From Octopus bimaculoides (lineage: Eukaryota), in assembly GCF_001194135.2 (NCBI RefSeq), contig NC_068981.1, positions 142,570,332-142,634,274 of the forward strand: a DNA stretch of 63,943 bases. Reading direction: 5' to 3'. Positions 41,221-53,575 of this stretch are shown here, one piece after another. A model generated the notes under the pieces. The model was not told the origin of the DNA, did not search any database, and was given only the letters and a program-made list of their open reading frames with translations. The number at the start of each line of letters is the position of its first letter. The first letter of the stretch is position 1. The translations under genes were made by a program, and so were the position numbers.

Positions 41221-41693
41221 AAATAATAACAACAGAAGTATACGTTGCAGTGGTGCAGTTAATCTGTACTTCTAAAGAGTTCCATTTGAGCAAAATATAA
41301 CTAGAGTTACGTTCTATACATTTCGTATAAAATGAAATACTGGTCATCAACTAATATTAGTTTTCTTTTGATCTTAGGTATCGATGTTATTTTTCTTTTG
41401 CCGTATATCTGATCTTACTGTCGCTTTTTAATGATGTAAGCATTAACATGCTTTCACCTCGATAATTGGTAATTATCATGGTGATGCCGGCTTGGTTTAA
41501 GATGTGGCATCATTTTCAAAGTTGCAAATGTATTCCTTTCATGTATATCATTGGCAGTGCAATAATAAAATGTTTATTCTCCCTCTTTTTCGCTGGCGCT
41601 TTCTTTCCCTCTCGTTCCTTCACCAACAAACCAGCATGCGCAGAGCATCTCTCTCATCCTACACTCATATACTCACAAATTACATCGGTGTGC

Positions 41694-41776
<83 letters not shown>

Positions 41777-42560
41777 TAAACAAATATGTATACATACATA
41801 TATTAAGCAGCACACTCACTTTTATGAGTGCATTTGTGAGTGTGTGTGCGTATGGGTGTGCGTGTGTGTTTGTGTGTGTGTGTGTGTGTGTGGACGTGTG
41901 TGTATGTTCATGTTTATGTCCTTCAGTGTATGTATGTGTACTTTTGCATGTGTGATGCTCTGTTCTAGTATGCTCTTTGAAATATTTGCAGTCAATCTGA
42001 AAATAATACAGAGCAAATAAATGTGAGCACAGTTGGTGTTCCAGACGAGACATTTATATACCAATTTCCCTCGTAATGACAACTATTTATACGTCTTACT
42101 TTTAAACATTGTTACTAAATATTTTTACATACTAGAACAGGCTGCGAAATTTGCAATATTTCCTTTCCACTATATTAGTACGCTGGGCATAATGACGCAA
42201 CATATAAATGTGTGTATTACAGTATGTTCTGCCTCAGAAGATATAGAAAATTAAATCAAATCATAAAGTGTATCACACAAACCTAATTTTAATGACTGCT
42301 TTACAAAACACTTTCCCAATTCAATATAACAAATAACTTGCACAAAGAGGTTTACGTCTACGAATGTTTCACGTTATCCGACGATTAGACGAAGAGTTCG
42401 AAGTTGATGCTATGTATCTCATTACCTACTATGTAACCTAAATTTTTATATTTCAAATTTCTCTCTCTCTCCGGTCATTTTCTCTCTCTCACACACCTTC
42501 CATATATATACGTGTGTGTATGTGTGTGTGTGGGGGGGTGCGTGCGTAAAGTCAGTCACC

Positions 42561-42690
42561 GAGGGTGGTACTTAGCAGCAGCGTTGGTAGAAATTAGAGT
42601 CACAAAGACCCTTAACCACGTGAGAGGACTTATCTAACGTTAGAAAAGTGCTCTGAATTCTACCAATGCTGGTGTAGACTAGCACCCTCC
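42561..42690. mobile_element. Small MITE-like imperfect inverted repeat
   Basis: GAGGGTGGTA..CAGCGTTGGTAGAAATTAGAG pairs with CTCTGAATTCTACCAATGCTG..TAGCACCCTC. Confidence 0.55.
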
Positions 42691-42752
42691 GTCTCTTTAG
42701 TGACGAGCATTCGTTTTGCCTTCCAGCAGTAAATTGTGACTAGCTACCTTAA

Positions 42753-42791
<39 letters not shown>

Positions 42792-42793
<2 letters not shown>

Positions 42794-43008
42794 CGGAGAT
42801 GGACTTGCATAACAAGTGACCTGATCTGAGATCGTGTGCTGGAACGAAAACAATTGCAGCGTGGAAGGTGTTTATAAGCCATTTAAAATAACACACAAAA
42901 TCCGTTAGATTCACTTCAACATTTAAATTTAATTTGTCAACATATTTTCGTCGCTTAAATTTAAATGTTGAAGTGAATCTAACGGATTGTGTGTGTTATT
43001 TTAAATGG
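42792..43008. mobile_element. Foldback/MITE element, right arm running into a gap
   Basis: 53-bp arms 42879-42931 and 42956-43008 differ at 1 position; 24-nt spacer. Confidence 0.75.
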
Positions 43009-44279
43009 NNNNNNNNNNNNNNNNNNNNNNNNNNNNNNNNNNNNNNNNNNNNNNNNNNNNNNNNNNNNNNNNNNNNNNNNNNNNNNNNNNNNNNNNNNNN
43101 NNNNNNNNNNNNNNNNNNNNNNNNNNNNNNNNNNNNNNNNNNNNNNNNNNNNNNNNNNNNNNNNNNNNNNNNNNNNNNNNNNNNNNNNNNNNNNNNNNNN
43201 NNNNNNNNNNNNNNNNNNNNNNNNNNNNNNNNNNNNNNNNNNNNNNNNNNNNNNNNNNNNNNNNNNNNNNNNNNNNNNNNNNNNNNNNNNACCCGTCGTT
43301 TTTTGCCTGTCCATTTAATTGTTGTTTCTCCTATCCGCCTATGTATCGTTTATCTGTTCAAATGTCCTATTGTCCCCTATTGCGTTTTTGTTCCATTTTC
43401 TTATATTTATATATACTATATTTATATAGTACGTACACACTTTTTCTCACCTTATAGTAGGTATGTATCTAAATTTTAAACGACTCTTTTAGTCCCCCTC
43501 ATACTTTCTTACTCTTTTCTTTTTCTTGCTCCCCCTCTTTCTCACACATTTCTTGGCCCTCTCTTTCTTTAACACCTACTTTTCCTCCTCGTTTAAATCC
43601 CCTGTACTTTCCCTTTGTCTCTCATTTTTCTCATCGTTCAATCCCTCTGCTCCCTACCCCTCTCTCCTCCTTCCACGTAACCGGTGTCCAGCCAGCTTTG
43701 ATTTTTCTTTCTTCGCCTGACTGCCGACTACTGACACCTCTTATGTCAATTGCCTATGTTCCTGCCTCTAGGCTTTCACTTTATACACGCCAGCTCAATT
43801 TGATTCGTTCTCAGTCGAAAGACACCTGTTTATATATTCTTGTTGTTTGTATTTGTAATTGCGCACCATGTTCTCCGTTTTTTTTTGTTTTGTTTTTTTG
43901 TCTTTGTTGCCATACACATTCGCTAGCTTTCTTACAAAAAAGCCTACTGCTCTTAGCTTAGACTTTTTTGAGGACAACCAAATCAATTACATCGACATTG
44001 AGATTTACGATGAAGAGTAGTTGCAGCTGATGAGCTTCAATTTAGCAATAAACCACGACGATTTCCCAGATATTAACATGTAGCCATATAAGCAGGCATT
44101 TTATGGAATACCTTCAGATAGTTTTCCAGAGTTTCCCTGTAAACGGTCAACTTCATAAAACACTAAAATAAGGCATCATATGTCCTATCCATAAAGTTGG
44201 GAGGTGAGATAAAATATACATATCCATCTCTTTGAATTCACATACAAGAAAGTCATTGAATGAGTCGCAAGAAGGAAAG

Positions 44280-45060
44280 TCATAAGTTTCTTAGAAAATA
44301 ATGACTTGCTGGACGATATGTAGCTTAGTCTCTGTTCAGGAAGAAGCTGTCTCACGCAGCTGTTATGTCACTTTGACTGGGGTTTTAAGCAGCTACTCGG
44401 CTATCGAAAAGTCGAAGTTGTATGTATGCTGATTCTGAAAAGTCCTGATTAAGCGAAGGCAAACTCTGAGTGGAATCACCCAGTCAGTTTTTTGGGGCCA
44501 GTACTCTTTATTGATCCTTTCTCCGACTTACCTATGGTGATTCAGGTACCCATTGTAATTAATTATGCTGATTATACAAATTTTTATTTATTACCTGTGA
44601 TAATTTTGTATCATAGGCAACAAAGAAAACTGCCGATGTCGCAAGATTGCTATAGGACCTAAATACAATAAACAGATACGCTGAAGAGAACACAAACATT
44701 GACAATATAGTGCTGGAAAATTTTAAGCAATGTCCTATCGACCCGAAAGCACTTCAATCTTAGAGTCACATATAGGGATAAACTTGAAGATCAGTATACA
44801 TCATTTCATATGCTTATATTACCAAGGTGGCAAGAAAGTGTAGACAATAGGCGGGTGATCAATAATGTCCTTTAGAACGAGATATCGTGAAATTATGTTG
44901 TCCCTGTCGAAATCTACGTTCTGCAGCCGCCTTGAAGACCACTTTCAACTCTGGTCTCCACATAATGTCATACAAAGAGCGGATCTTGATGTCATTCAAC
45001 GCTACCGCAGTGAAAAGGTTGCCATGGTGTAGCAGATGAACTACTAAGCGAGGAGGGAAA
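44280..45060 (+). mobile_element. Highly degenerate CR1/L2-group LINE RT remnant
   Basis: FLENNDLL..GRSCLTQLL.HFD; LGPVLF; YADYTK; FRTRYREIMLSL..SRLE..QLWSPH. Confidence 0.7.
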
Positions 45061-45117
45061 ATCAACAACTTTACTCCCGAGAGCGAAAACGCGAAATAGT
45101 TAGAGGGATAGTTAGAC

Positions 45118-45148
<31 letters not shown>

Positions 45149-46335
45149 TATCAGACAGACAGACATACAGACATCAGACAGACAGACAGACAGACAGACA
45201 GATAGATAGATTTGTGTAAGGCATACTCAAAATTTTATTTTGAGTTACTTTTCTAATTTTTTTTTTTTTAGATATGTCACAATTAAGCACATCAGCTGAT
45301 AGGGATTGTTAACACGAAATTTGTGGAGCTCCGATCAGTCAGCCGTTTTCAAGTATCTCAGAATCATGAATTGCAGGCGTTGTTTCGTATGGTTTGGTGA
45401 ATTCGGAGTTTAGATATGAAAATATTTAGCGTCGTCTAGTTTTTGCTGTCGATCTGTGATGCCTATAGCGACATAACGAGTTCTGATAGACAATGTAGAA
45501 CAACAAAATCTTTAGTTTCTACCCAAGTAAACTGACAATACCTATACTGACTGCTCCGTGCGGCTTCTTTACACTAATACATCTGAATCCTTTGGCAGTT
45601 TCTGAACCCCTCGAAAAACTAACACTGGTAATGTATAGGTGTGAGAAGTGCGAGTAATTTTAAATATTGAACTTATGGTGGGCAATGTTTCCGAAGATGG
45701 TTGAAAGGAGATGCCATGAATGTAAGATGTGATCGCAGTGTTAGTATTTTGAGGAGTTCGGAAACTGCTAAATGATTCAGATGTATTTGTGTAGAGAGGC
45801 AGATACGGAGCCAGAATGAATGGAAATCCTAATTGATTCATCCCTTGGCCAATAAAGGGTAGACTGGATTCTGCGTATGCAAAAAAATAGCTACATTCGG
45901 AGTGGAATTTGATTAAGCAGTGTAGCTGCAACACAATTTGCTCAAAGAGTGTCATACGTTCCTCAAAGAAGAATGGTATAGCTAAAACATTTATAAGGTT
46001 GATAATGATGAATCCTAGTAATTAATAACAAGTCACAATGCACACGATATGGACACAACAGAACAGTGTTTATTATATTTCTTGTGTGCTTTCCTTGGAT
46101 TGTCGGCTAATTTTACAACCTAGTATCCTTTTAAATTTGTATAAAATTTTAATCCAAAAAAATTGTACTTTTGTTGATTTTAATGTTTTGGAATTTTGGA
46201 GGCCGGATATGTTTTATGGACCAGATCCAAGGCCAAATATGTTTGAGGTATGTACACATTAGCTTTTATTTAGATATGCTTTAGACTATCTAATGTATTC
46301 TAAAGTGTTTCTTTCTTCTTTTTTTTTGTTCTAAG

Positions 46336-47337
46336 AGTCATTTTCTGTTATGATGGAGAGGTATTTTCTGTTCCAGCTTGTCGATCACAATATATAGTGT
46401 TCCACATTTCCTTCATACCGTTTGTCTTTCACCACTAATGTTCAAAATAAATATTTAACCAAAATCTCCTAATATATACAATCAAAGATCGATAGCATCC
46501 GCTTTGACGCCTTTATGTTGGTGATGTTCTTTTTATCGTGCAAGTATTTCCTCTTTTTAGCCGTGGGCTAATCATGATTGAACAGAGGTTTTGCAGGCGT
46601 GACAATCATATTGTTCTTAATATGGTAGATTACAGTATTTGGTATGTCCTTTAGATGAGACATTTGATATAATTGCTAGGAAACCTAGCTGCTATTTCTA
46701 GAATTTAAGTCCGACCCTATAGATTTTGTCTGAATCACTCATTATATAAACCATGAGTAAATAAAGTCCACAAATTCTTGTAAGCCGTGTTATATATTGT
46801 GAAAGCCACAGAATCTATGAGAACGGAAATGATGGAACCTGAGGAATAACAGTTTCTAAGCTATCATTTTATAATATATAATTACAATAAAGCACAGGAA
46901 TGCTGTAAAATGCGATATATGGAATATAAGAAGTTTTATAATGCCTCTCAGCGCACTTATATATGAAAGACTGTGCTCACGGTTCAGGCCAGACATAAAT
47001 TGCAAATGTAATTATAACCATATCTTTAAGTTCAATGTTCAGTTGAATACATTTGAATAAGTTTGCACAGTTTGTGTGTATTATTTCACTGAATGCTTTG
47101 TCTGGTGTGTACACAAGGTTATGTGTGTATGTGAATCTGTGTGCACTTATGTCTATGAATTTAATAAATTTATTTCTTAGTAGGAATGAGTGACTGTGCT
47201 CATCATATCTATTTGATTGCGTGGAACTTTTGTAGATGGCTACATTTGATCTAAAAATATAACACACAGATATACAGAGAAATAATTATTTCCCTGTCTG
47301 TTTATGTATGTATGTGTGTATGCATGTAGGTATTTAT

Positions 47338-47388
<51 letters not shown>

Positions 47389-47411
47389 CCTATCTATGTA
47401 TCTATCGAACT

Positions 47412-47456
<45 letters not shown>

Positions 47457-48115
47457 GGAAATGAATGATCTCAGCTCTTGACAAAGTTTCCGTTCTAGCT
47501 GTGGCTCTTATTAGTAATCATATGAGACTCCATTCATGGCACAATCCAGTGTGGCACGAATAGGGTTATAACGTAATATAAAGAGCACATCAACTATGGG
47601 AGAAAAACATGAAGCATATATATCTAATCTCCAAACTTTGAATGTACATTTTCATGAGAGAACATCTCTGCTGAAAACATTAGTTATTGTAATGCACTTG
47701 TCACCGCTTGTAATTTGCGAGTCGTTAAATTCTGCAATAGGATTCTGTTGATGTACAACTGTTTTTAACAATCTTTAGCAACACTTAGTACGTTTTAAAA
47801 CATTTTCCTTTACATATCAGCGCATTTAAATTTTAACCCAGACTCCCATTGGACGAAGTATTAGTCGGTTGCACCATGCACAAAATTCAGTTAACTTTGG
47901 GACAAAAAACAATCTAAAATCCCGTCTTACAAATACACACGTACACTCAAAACATTTGTGTATTGTTAGTATGCATTTATCCTTCTCTCGCACAAGATTG
48001 GTATCGCTACAAGAAATACTCATTGATAAAATTAATTCCAAACAAAGATGTAAAATTATCTCGTCAATGAAATACTTAAATTTTATGGATGAACTTCAAT
48101 GCAATCCAAGAACTG
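46336..48115 (+). CDS. Candidate exons 46336-46360 (25 bp, phase 1-2) and 47997-48115 (119 bp, phase 2-1)
   Basis: Strong polypyrimidine acceptors; donors GTATTT and GTAAGT; join in frame: SFSVMMER-LVSLQEILIDKINSKQRCKIISSMKYLNFMDELQCNPRT. Confidence 0.4.
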
Positions 48116-48255
48116 GTAAGTAACAAAAAGACTAACAGATTTATTTGGTATATTTGCATTACTTAAATTTATATATACTGTTATATTGGGAACTACTAGT
48201 TTAAGATATTTACGAATACGCTTGATCACACACAGTTAAATATATNNNNNNNNNN

Positions 48256-48309
<54 letters not shown>

Positions 48310-48360
48310 TGTGTGTATGTGTGTTTGTGTGGGTGTGTGTGTGTGTTTGTTAGAGACATA

Positions 48361-48824
48361 ATGATACAGGAAATGTGTCAAGGCGGACAGGAAGCGGTTC
48401 AGCTTCCTAGGGCTAAATAGCAGCAGTATGAATTCCTTATTGGGACTGTCACAATTGTTGACAGTATACAACTACTTTATCGTAACACTGCTGTTAAGGC
48501 TCTCTGTGAGACCTAGAAATAAATCGTTTCTAATTGTTGTAATCAGTGAATGTGTTTCATTAGAAATATATATGTTTACGAGAGCTTTACAGGCATCTTC
48601 AGCCAGCTAATCATGGTACTTCAGGCTGATGACGAGCGAAAACTCAGAAACATGTCTCTGAATGCAGGCTAGGCTGGGTGGAGCTGCTTGTCTCCCCACT
48701 CGTAAATATGACACAGGAAATGTGTCAAGCTCGATAGAAAGCGGTTCAGCTTCCTAGGGATAAATAGCAGTAGTATGACTCCCTTACTGGGACTGTCACG
48801 TTAAGCTGAGATTATACAACTACT
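48361..48824 (+). mobile_element. Partial tandem repeat (period 347 nt) enclosing a hammerhead; retrozyme- or pLTR-like
   Basis: ~116-bp direct repeats at 48361-48476 and 48708-48824; bounded by (TG)n and (TA)n. Confidence 0.7.
48620..48662 (+). ncRNA. Type I minimal hammerhead ribozyme motif
   Basis: TTCAGG-CTGATGA-C-GAG(CGAAAA)CTC-A-GAAA-CATGTC-TCTGAA: 6-bp helix I, intact core, palindromic ACATGT helix III, GUC cleavage after 48656. Confidence 0.7.
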
Positions 48825-48999
48825 ATATATATATATATATATNNNNNNNNNNNNNNNNNNNNNNNNNNNNNNNNNNNNNNNNNNNNNNNNNNNNNNNNNN
48901 NNNNNNNNNNNNNNNNNNNNNNNNNNNNNNNNNNNNNNNNNNNNNNNNNNNNNNNNNNNNNNNNNNNNNNNNNNNNNNNNNNNNNNNNNNNNNNNNNNN

Positions 49000-49042
<43 letters not shown>

Positions 49043-49125
49043 CATATATATTTTTTTATATATATACACACACATACACACACACACACACACACGCACA
49101 CACATATATATATATATATATATAG

Positions 49126-49830
49126 GGAGAATTCACAAAAAACAAAGGACGAAGACAGGTGGTGTAGACAGCAAACATGTATTAGTTTAACGCTCGGGAA
49201 CTGAAAATGTCTTTAACGTTTCGAGCCTACGCCCTTCCACAGAAAGGCACACAGAAATAAACAAGGAGAAAAAATAAAGAATGTGTAGTGGCCAGCGATC
49301 TATAATGGAGAATGGCGGACAGGGGGGTCACACAGGAGAGCTTTGAAGAAGGTGAGATAATAAAGTAAGTCACCTCAAAATGAAGGTACGAGTGCGTGTG
49401 TATAAGATAGCTTGTATGTGCGTGTGGAAGAGGTCTGGTGACCTTGATGTGTGCATGTATGCATGTGTAGGTGTGGATGATGGCATGGGCTTTGAAGTGG
49501 ACAGTGCTAGTGTGTGCTGATGTGGTGTTGTGTGGTATGGTGGTGTATAGTGTGGTCTGGTGGTGTTGGGATGTGGTGGTGCGAGAGGGGGGAAAGTAAG
49601 GGTAGGGGAGGGTTAGGCTGAGTGTGGGGGTAGAGGTGGGTAGTTGGGTAAGTGGAGGTAGGTGGGGTGGGACGTGATGGATAGGGATGCTGCGGTTGGA
49701 TTGTGTAGAGGTGGGGTTACAAGGGAGGGGTGACGATGAAGTGAGAGGGAGAAGGTGGGTAGGAGAGGGAAGGGAGAATTTGGGTAGGAGTGAAGAGAAG
49801 AAGTAGGAGTCGGAGCAAGAGAGGAGAGGT
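49126..49830 (-). mobile_element. Penelope-like terminal region (pLTR-like plus C-rich tract) with a hammerhead variant at 49209-49248
   Basis: Minus strand GCCTTT-CTGTGGA-A-GGG(CGTAGG)CTC-GAAA-CGTT-AAAGAC; upstream C-rich low-complexity segment; no ORF visible. Confidence 0.55.
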
Positions 49831-49978
49831 GGGTGGGAGGAAGCAGGTGTGTGATCCGTATATATGTATATATATGTACATATATATTTGTATCAATCTA
49901 TCTCAGTATATTTATGTATATAAATATGTGTGTTTGTGTCTATGCATGCATGTATTACATATGTTTCTCCCACGGTCT

Positions 49979-50012
<34 letters not shown>

Positions 50013-50571
50013 ACAAACACGCACACACGCACATACACTCACACACATGCATATATACAAATGTATATACATGGCTATACGTATTCACATTTTCTAACGT
50101 GTGTTTATGTGTATAAATATATATGTATATCTACGTATGCATATCAACATATACACCATTTTATAAAGATATCTCTTTTTTGGAAAGCTTTCCTCTCTTT
50201 AACCGTACTTTTCTGTGTGTATAAATTTCTTGAGATATATCTAGTATTTATGCTAATAGTATCTGAAAGCCCAATTAGATTTTGATGCCGCAATTAATAT
50301 CCCATCAGAAAATTACGTAAATTTGAAATATTTTATTTTAATAGGAAAGTTTGCAAAGCAATAATTTTGCTGAATTCATTAAACATTACAGAATTGACAG
50401 CTACATGAAGTTGGCAATTATAATAAATTGCCTTAGTAAAAGCATTTGTCACATTGTCACAGCTGCAAACAGGCCCCTAGCAAGGCGTTCACTGTTTTAA
50501 ATGTTGCTTCTATACCGACAAGAATGTAATTGACAGGCAGAATTATTGTAAAAGAAGCAGCTGTAACAGTT

Positions 50572-50619
<48 letters not shown>

Positions 50620-51121
50620 ATGTAGTTTGTTGCAAAAATGACAGTGCAACCACCAAAACAACATAAATAATTAGGATGGCCATGACAACAATTCTTTGTC
50701 CATGAGTGCACAATAGTGTGTAATGTATTAAATGATTGGGAAAAATTTCTCACTTAAGGAATTCAGGCGTATACAAAACAAGCTTTATCTCCAACTCACT
50801 TTATCCCCACCAGGTTCAGTTATTCAGACACGAATCACTTTTACATATATATAATGTCAATGTCATTCACACAAGTGTTTATACACGCATTCTCAATAAT
50901 TCTATCGTGTTGCTGGGTGCATGCAAGCAAAAGTCTTCAATTATTGTACGCACATCCGTAGAGCTTCTGTGAATAATACACGATGGAAGAGATTCATGTT
51001 GCATTGTTTTAATGCAAAAATAATGAAATCGCTGCTAATAGACAACAGAGAGGGAGAGACAAAGACTGAGAATTTGCAGAAACAAAGAAATCTAAAAAGA
51101 TGGCATATATATCATATCATG

Positions 51122-51196
<75 letters not shown>

Positions 51197-52350
51197 TACA
51201 TACATACATACATGCATACATTTATATAAGCCCATACAAATTCACGCACACACATACGCATGTACATGTACATATGTGTGTCTATGTGTGTGTGTGTGAT
51301 CATGTATTATGAAGGCATTGAATTAAGTGTGAAGAAAACGATATGAGAATATGTCTTAACCAGTATATTAGTTTTACGCTTATAACAGTGTAAAGGCTCC
51401 CTGACGTTTCTAATTCGTAAGATAGGTAAAAGAACGAGAAGAGGGTTTCGAAGAGGGTTTCGAAGATATTTATAAGAACGGACGGTCAATATGGGTCTAG
51501 CGGGAATGCGGTTTTATGGGAGCGACGCCAGTTATGGCTGCATTTTCCGTAAGACATCACTGAATGACTCTTTTGATAAAAAATTATATTGGAAAAGAAT
51601 GAAAGGTTTTGTTTACTTTTTTTGCGTATCAGAAACGACAATTTCACGTTCAGGCATGTGTCGCGGTGCATATACGAGCCATTAAAAAGAATATAAAAGG
51701 CAGAAATGTATCTGTTGTTCTCAAATATTCGTCTGTATCTGATGTTTGTTGTCGTTTAACATTGCAGCTTCATAAGATCCCTTATACTATACCGACAGTT
51801 TGCATAATATAGATATGATACATAGGTGTGTATCTTAATTAAATAGCTCCGCATTTACGTGTGTCGGATTCACGCGCGCAGACACATACACACATGCACA
51901 CACACGCAAACACACTCGCACACACGCACACACACATACATACACATACACATATATCTTATATATCTACATATATATATATGTGTGTGTGTGTGTGTAT
52001 GTGTATATATATATAATTTACATTTTACCTTTCACCGTTTGTTTCAGTCACTAATTTGCGGCTATGCTAGACCATCGTTTTGTAGACTTTTAGTGGAACA
52101 AATTGACCACAGTACTTATCTTTTAAAGCCTAGTACTTATTTCATCTTTATTGTGTTGCGGAAGCGCTAAGTTATGGGGCGCAAATACATTGGTTGTCAA
52201 ATAGTAATCTGGGACAATTTCAGGCGTGCGCACACGCGCGTTTACACACGCGCGTTTACAAACGCATAAACGGCAGGATTTTTTCAGGTTCCCTCTACCA
52301 ATCGACTTACAAGTCACTGGTCAGCCCGAGAATATAGTAGAAGACAAGTC

Positions 52351-53189
52351 CGAGGTCTGATCAATAAGAATCGGGACTGTCGCCGTAGTAACGACACTAA
52401 AGCACACAGAATGAAGACACATGCCACGGATTGATTTTGACCTCTGCTGTGTATGTGTACGAAGGTTTAACGTTCTAGCTCACTTTCTTCGCTTACAGCA
52501 GTGGTTGGAAATAACGTGTGTAACGTCTGATCGTCGGATTGATCATGACAGAAAAAGTTGTCGCGATGATACCTGCTGAGAGGTCCACGCAAACTTGCAG
52601 ATAGATATCGAGAGGAATGTATGAGTCACACAGAAGTGTACGAGTGTTTCCGACTTTTCCAATGAGGCAGAAAAATGTTGATAAAGACGAAAGTTCTGTG
52701 AGAGATGCAACAAGAAGAAATGAGAAAATCATAAATCGTAGATGTGCGTACAGCTGTGAGAGGAAATCGTCGAATCACCATCTGTGGGTTATCAAAGGAT
52801 CTGCTGATTAGTTACGGTTCATTTCAGTCCATTGTCACCGAAGACTAGGATATGAAACTCGTTTCTACTTAGTTGGTGCCAAAATTGCTTTCGGCTGACC
52901 AGAATGATACCCGAGTTTCAGTTGCACAAGATTTCCTTGAGTGTATCGAGAACGATGGAGAGTTTTTGAAAACTCTGCCTAGGCCGTTGAGCTAGTATCA
53001 CCAGGCTTTTGGTAAAATTTGATACAGGTTTTCTACTCAACTTTCTCAATGCGACGATCACACGTAACGCACGTTACTTCCAAACGCTGCTCTAAACAGT
53101 GAAAGTAGGCTACAATGCGCATACATAGCAGAGTTCATGTTAAATTTGTGCTAAAGCAGCTTCACTGGACATTTATTGACCAGACCACG
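52351..53189 (+). mobile_element. Internally deleted mariner transposon
   Basis: Imperfect TIRs CGAGGTCTGATCAATAAG / TTTATTGACCAGACCACG with TA on the right; broken transposase MSHTEVYECFRLF..NRRITI..LVPKLLSADQ..RVSVAQDFL; no DDD domain. Confidence 0.85.
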
Positions 53190-53220
<31 letters not shown>

Positions 53221-53575
53221 ATATATACATACACACACACATGTCACTGTATATATCACTCTAAGTAAGTGATCTTGGTTCACAGATAACAGCCATAACT
53301 AGAAACACGGCATAGATAGTATAAACATGGACATAGACACTTTTTATGATGGTTGCCGTTAGATGTTTTTCGAATGGAAAGCGTCTTCAATCCAGAATGA
53401 CCGAGAAGAAACAGCAGGCATATCCGATTGAATACTTACAACGCATATCGTCTTATACAATGAATATGTCAACGTATATTTAAAGATAATGAATTGCTGA
53501 TTTTTATTATCTACCCTAGCAATACTAAATATGCCATCTACAAATATCTGAAGTAATATCATATAAATACAACGG

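Noticed and set aside
44025-44060. CTGATGA-GC..GC motif
   Set aside because: No GAAA and no helix I.
45569-45955. 128-aa minus-strand ORF
   Set aside because: No recognisable domain; only a faint RT-like trace on the plus strand, too weak to call.
46597-46641. 45-bp phase 2-2 exon candidate
   Set aside because: Joining it to the 47997 exon creates TGA; the acceptor is weak.
48545-48605. Minus-strand CTGAAGA..GAAAC resembling an antisense hammerhead
   Set aside because: Helix II and helix I do not pair.
51440-51470. Short tandem duplications (GAAGAGGGTTTC x2; similar at ~34730 and ~52235)
   Set aside because: Two-copy slippage events; not CRISPR-like and no spacer periodicity.
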